Assembly: GCA_963663805.2 (NCBI GenBank)
Contig: CAXXMR010000013.1
Coordinates: 384,001-448,000, forward strand
From: Sedimentisphaerales bacterium
Lineage (GTDB): Bacteria; Planctomycetota; Phycisphaerae; Sedimentisphaerales; SM23-30
DNA: 64,000 bases
Reading direction: 5' to 3'
Of the stretch, positions 61,141 to 64,000 are shown one piece after another; position 1 is the stretch's first letter; every line of letters starts with the position of its first letter. Below the pieces are notes generated by a model that was not told the DNA's origin, made no database searches, and saw only the letters and a list, made by a program, of their open reading frames with translations. The position numbers and the translations under genes are program-made.

Positions 61141-62085
61141 TCATTCAAACTCTATCATCGCCGTAACCGGACAATGATCCGAAGGGTATCTACCATCCTT
61201 ATTGTACCGGTTCACATCTGCCTCCAGAACCCGCACCCCAGGCCGCACATAAATATAATCAATTTTCGTAAACGGTTCCCGCTTGCCGAATCCGTTGAAT
61301 GTCCCCGCGTCAACATCCTGCCCACGCTTCACTCGAAACGTATCAACCAAACCCAGCGGATTAACACAATTCTCACCCGCGACCGTCGCTGCCTCACCCC
61401 GGGCATACTTCATCGACTCTTCATTTTCCTCAGCGTTCAAATCACCCACCAGCACAAACGGATCATCAAACTCACGCCCCGCGATTCGTTCGATAGCCAG
61501 CTTGATACCCTTCTCCCGACAATCCGCCGCGTGATGGCTCAGGTGCGTATTATAAAAATATACTCCCTGCCCGCTCGTCTTATCAACCAGCCGCGCCCAC
61601 GCGCAATACCGCACATATTTATTCCCCCACGTCTTCGTATAAGCAACCTCCGGCGTATCCGAAAGCCAGAACACACCTTCCTGCCCAATCTCCCACTTAT
61701 CTTTGCGATAGAGTATCGCGTTAGCCGACCCCTTCTCAACCCGATTATAAGTCGCCAGAAAACCATATTCCGGCAAAGCCTTTTTTAGCATCTCTACCTG
61801 CGGCTCCTGAGCTTCCTGCAAACCGATAAAATCGCAGCCGCTCTCCCGTATAATATCCGCCACCATTTCCTTGCGAAACTCCCACCCGTTCTCCCCGTCA
61901 TTAACGTAAAACACTCGAATATTATAACTCATAGCCTTAACAACAGTCCCATCGTTCGCCGCACTCTTAGGCCCGTTTACCCCGCAGGACATCGTTCCAA
62001 GACAAACCACCGCCAACAAAATAACCCGTCCAATCCACACCAGTTTTCTAATTCGCTTCTTATTAGATTTCATGTCAGGCTCCAT
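61141..62085 (-). CDS. Endonuclease/exonuclease/phosphatase-family lipoprotein (paralog 2)
   Basis: Lipobox TMSC; SYNIR, GLQE, GDLN, SDHCPV. Confidence 0.92.
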   Translation of the reverse strand: MEPDMKSNKKRIRKLVWIGRVILLAVVCLGTMSCGVNGPKSAANDGTVVKAMSYNIRVFYVNDGENGWEFRKEMVADIIRESGCDFIGLQEAQEPQVEMLKKALPEYGFLATYNRVEKGSANAILYRKDKWEIGQEGVFWLSDTPEVAYTKTWGNKYVRYCAWARLVDKTSGQGVYFYNTHLSHHAADCREKGIKLAIERIAGREFDDPFVLVGDLNAEENEESMKYARGEAATVAGENCVNPLGLVDTFRVKRGQDVDAGTFNGFGKREPFTKIDYIYVRPGVRVLEADVNRYNKDGRYPSDHCPVTAMIEFE

Positions 62086-62104
62086 TTTTTCAAGGTTAAA
62101 GCTA

Positions 62105-62520
62105 TTAACGCCGCAAATCGAATATCAAATACTCATCGGTTTCGGCAAATATGGAATAATTACTATTCAAATAATCGATAAGTTCTTTTTGTCTCCTGCC
62201 GCTGTCAAGTTCAGTAATAACGAAAAAGTTTGGACATGAGTTTTTTGAAATTTTATCAAGATTACTCTTAAAATCAATTGAATGCCCCAATATTTTGCCA
62301 AAATTAATATTTGCCGCATTGGGCCAACTTGCCCCTGCTAGATGACCGTGATAACGCAAATCATTTCCATGGTCTGAACTTAAAAAGATGCATTTGCGGC
62401 TATGTGATAGCAATTCTCCAATTTCTGTTCCAATTCTTGCTTTGCGATTATTAGGGCACAGTTGTTTGACTATGGGGGGACTGCCGATGAATAAATTTGC
62501 GACCTTTTCCATACGTTTAA
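62105..62520 (-). pseudogene. AT-rich gene remnant resembling the soluble C-terminus of a membrane glycosyltransferase (ArnT/GT-C-like)
   Basis: Ends FFVITEL...LIDYLNSNYSIFAETDEYLIFDLRR; no TM region; much lower GC than its neighbours. Confidence 0.35.
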
Positions 62521-62728
62521 GTTCTTGTCCGGTAAAATTAGCCTTTGAAAAAATCATTGTTTCCTGAATAAAAAGGCCCGAAAAACCTTCAAAAAACGTC
62601 AAAAAAACCGCTTTAAAATACTTGAATCCCTGTAGCTGCTTGAGGAGCTAAACAGATGACGGACACTATTATACCGGACACCGTCTCGACTCGGCGTTAA
62701 GAATATCGATTTTGACATCGCCCCCTTT

Positions 62729-63157
62729 TCAGGTTACTATGCCTTTTTTTAAGATGATGTTGGCGTAAAGTGCTGTTTCTCCGGTAGCAATAATCGCGTA
62801 GGCCTTTTTTGCTCTTTCGTAGAACTCGAACCGTTCAATATATTCAAAATCATCAAATTTTTCGCCGCTGGCCTTGATAATGTCGCGATATTCGTCCCAG
62901 ACAGGCGTTTTTGTATCGCTGCCGGGCACGACCTGCATCAATCCGGCGGCTTTATCGACGTAAATATCCAGCGGGAAGAGCTCCAGGATTGCTTCGAGTA
63001 TCTCAGGCACTCCGTGACCGTCCAGCCGCACCAGCCGCTGAGCCATCGAAGCGGCAGGAAAGTTGCCGTCGCCAATTACAAGCTCATCGCCATGGCCCAT
63101 TTCCATAAGGATTTTTAGTAAATCAGGTCCGATTATCGGAGGGATATTTTTCAGCAT
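62729..63157 (-). CDS. fucU: L-fucose mutarotase / RbsD-FucU family protein
   Basis: MLKNIPPIIGPDLLKILMEMGHGDELVIGDGNFP, ERFEFYE, TGETALYANIILKKG. Confidence 0.9.
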   Translation of the reverse strand: MLKNIPPIIGPDLLKILMEMGHGDELVIGDGNFPAASMAQRLVRLDGHGVPEILEAILELFPLDIYVDKAAGLMQVVPGSDTKTPVWDEYRDIIKASGEKFDDFEYIERFEFYERAKKAYAIIATGETALYANIILKKGIVT

Positions 63158-63285
63158 ATGTTTTCCTTTCGCCAATGTTCTTACTTTGACCGATAATAAT
63201 TGGTATAACCATTAACAACCGAATAATCAAAAAAAAATCCCCATTTTTATTTGCTCAAGTACAGTCCTTGGTGTAGAATTACGAT

Positions 63286-63363
63286 GTATTAAATAGACAT
63301 TTTCCTCCTCCTTTGGGCGAGAGAGAGAGAGCTGCACACACTATCTTTCTCTCGCTTTTTTTT
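63286..63363 (+). ncRNA. Candidate small RNA or attenuator with a CCUCCUCC motif and intrinsic terminator
   Basis: TTGCTC-17-TAGAAT promoter (63251-63279), TTTCCTCCTCCTTT, 12-bp stem within 63317-63355 followed by U8. Confidence 0.5.
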
Positions 63364-63564
63364 GTTTTTCTGGTAAAAAGCAACGTGTAATGTCTTTAGA
63401 TCTTTACTATCTCACCTTATCATCCGCCTGTTTTAGTGAAGCTTTTTAACACAATTACCTTGATTGCAGGCGGCTTCTGATATATTGTTTGAGGGGTCGA
63501 ACTTTGAGCGGTAATTACTAAGTGGAGTTTTGCAAAACTTCAATTACTAACATTTTGTGGCAAA

Positions 63565-64000
63565 ATGGAAGAATCCCAGCGTCAAAAATATATGCAGACC
63601 GCCCTGGAGCTGGCCTCGAAAGGTTCAGGTCATGTCGCTCCCAATCCTCTTGTCGGTGCGGTAATTGTCAAAGACCATACCATCATCGGTCGGGGCTATC
63701 ACAAGAAATTCGGCGGTCCTCATGCCGAGGTAGAGGCCCTGCGGGACTGCCGCGAAAGAGGCTACGATCCCGCCGACGCGACAATGTTTGTTACTCTGGA
63801 ACCGTGTTGTCATTTCGGCAAGACTCCACCTTGTACTCAGGCGATTTTAGAGGCTGGTATCGGTGAGGTTGACATCGCGACGCTCGATGATTATCGGGAG
63901 GTAAACGGCCAAGGTATCGAGTTTCTTCATCGTCAGGGCATAACGGTTGAGATTGGCTGTTGCAGCCGCCAGGCCCGCAGGCTCAATGCCGGCTTTTTCA
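63565..64000 (+). CDS. ribD: Riboflavin biosynthesis deaminase/reductase RibD (partial, runs off the window)
   Basis: PNPLVGAVIV, GPHAEVEAL, VTLEPCCHFGKTPPC. Confidence 0.95.
   Translation, partial: MEESQRQKYMQTALELASKGSGHVAPNPLVGAVIVKDHTIIGRGYHKKFGGPHAEVEALRDCRERGYDPADATMFVTLEPCCHFGKTPPCTQAILEAGIGEVDIATLDDYREVNGQGIEFLHRQGITVEIGCCSRQARRLNAGFF

Noticed and set aside
63364..63564. FMN riboswitch upstream of ribD
   Set aside because: No RFN consensus (e.g. GGGCAGGGTGAAATTCCC.ACCGGCGGT) is visible.
63522..63866. 114-aa ORF from the track as a gene
   Set aside because: It is an off-frame shadow of ribD, which starts at 63565 and runs off the window.

Overview
Bacterial chromosomal window, most consistent with a Planctomycetota (Phycisphaerae/Sedimentisphaerales-like) genome; this is inferred from C-terminal dockerin-type tails, GEVED/PEP-CTERM proteins and gene content. 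The left part (1-23.5 kb) holds secreted surface proteins (ankyrin, GEVED+dockerin, beta-propeller+dockerin, PEP-CTERM), a GT4, a DHDPS-family aldolase, an NtrB/NtrC-type pair interrupted by a HepT/DUF86 remnant, a SYLF lipoprotein bracketed by inverted repeats, a HAD hydrolase and addBA. Two independent IS4-family insertions sit side by side in a phased A-tract array (23.7-26.6 kb). A GAF-GGDEF cyclase is followed by a MerR-TPR-FlgN-like-HK-sigma54 activator module, then a ~26 kb flagellar operon (flgB to fliA, no fliM) with a sigma54 promoter, and cheD. The right end carries two EEP paralogs, fucU, a candidate sRNA and partial ribD. Many single-base frameshifts, concentrated at 24.7-39.8 kb, look like long-read errors. 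The most notable non-coding signals are a hairpin-SD-miniORF tandem repeat between flgE and flbD, the IR-flanked single-gene cassette, IS insertion into bent DNA, GGA-loop (CsrA-type) hairpins, an anti-SD sRNA candidate and an iteron-like box array.
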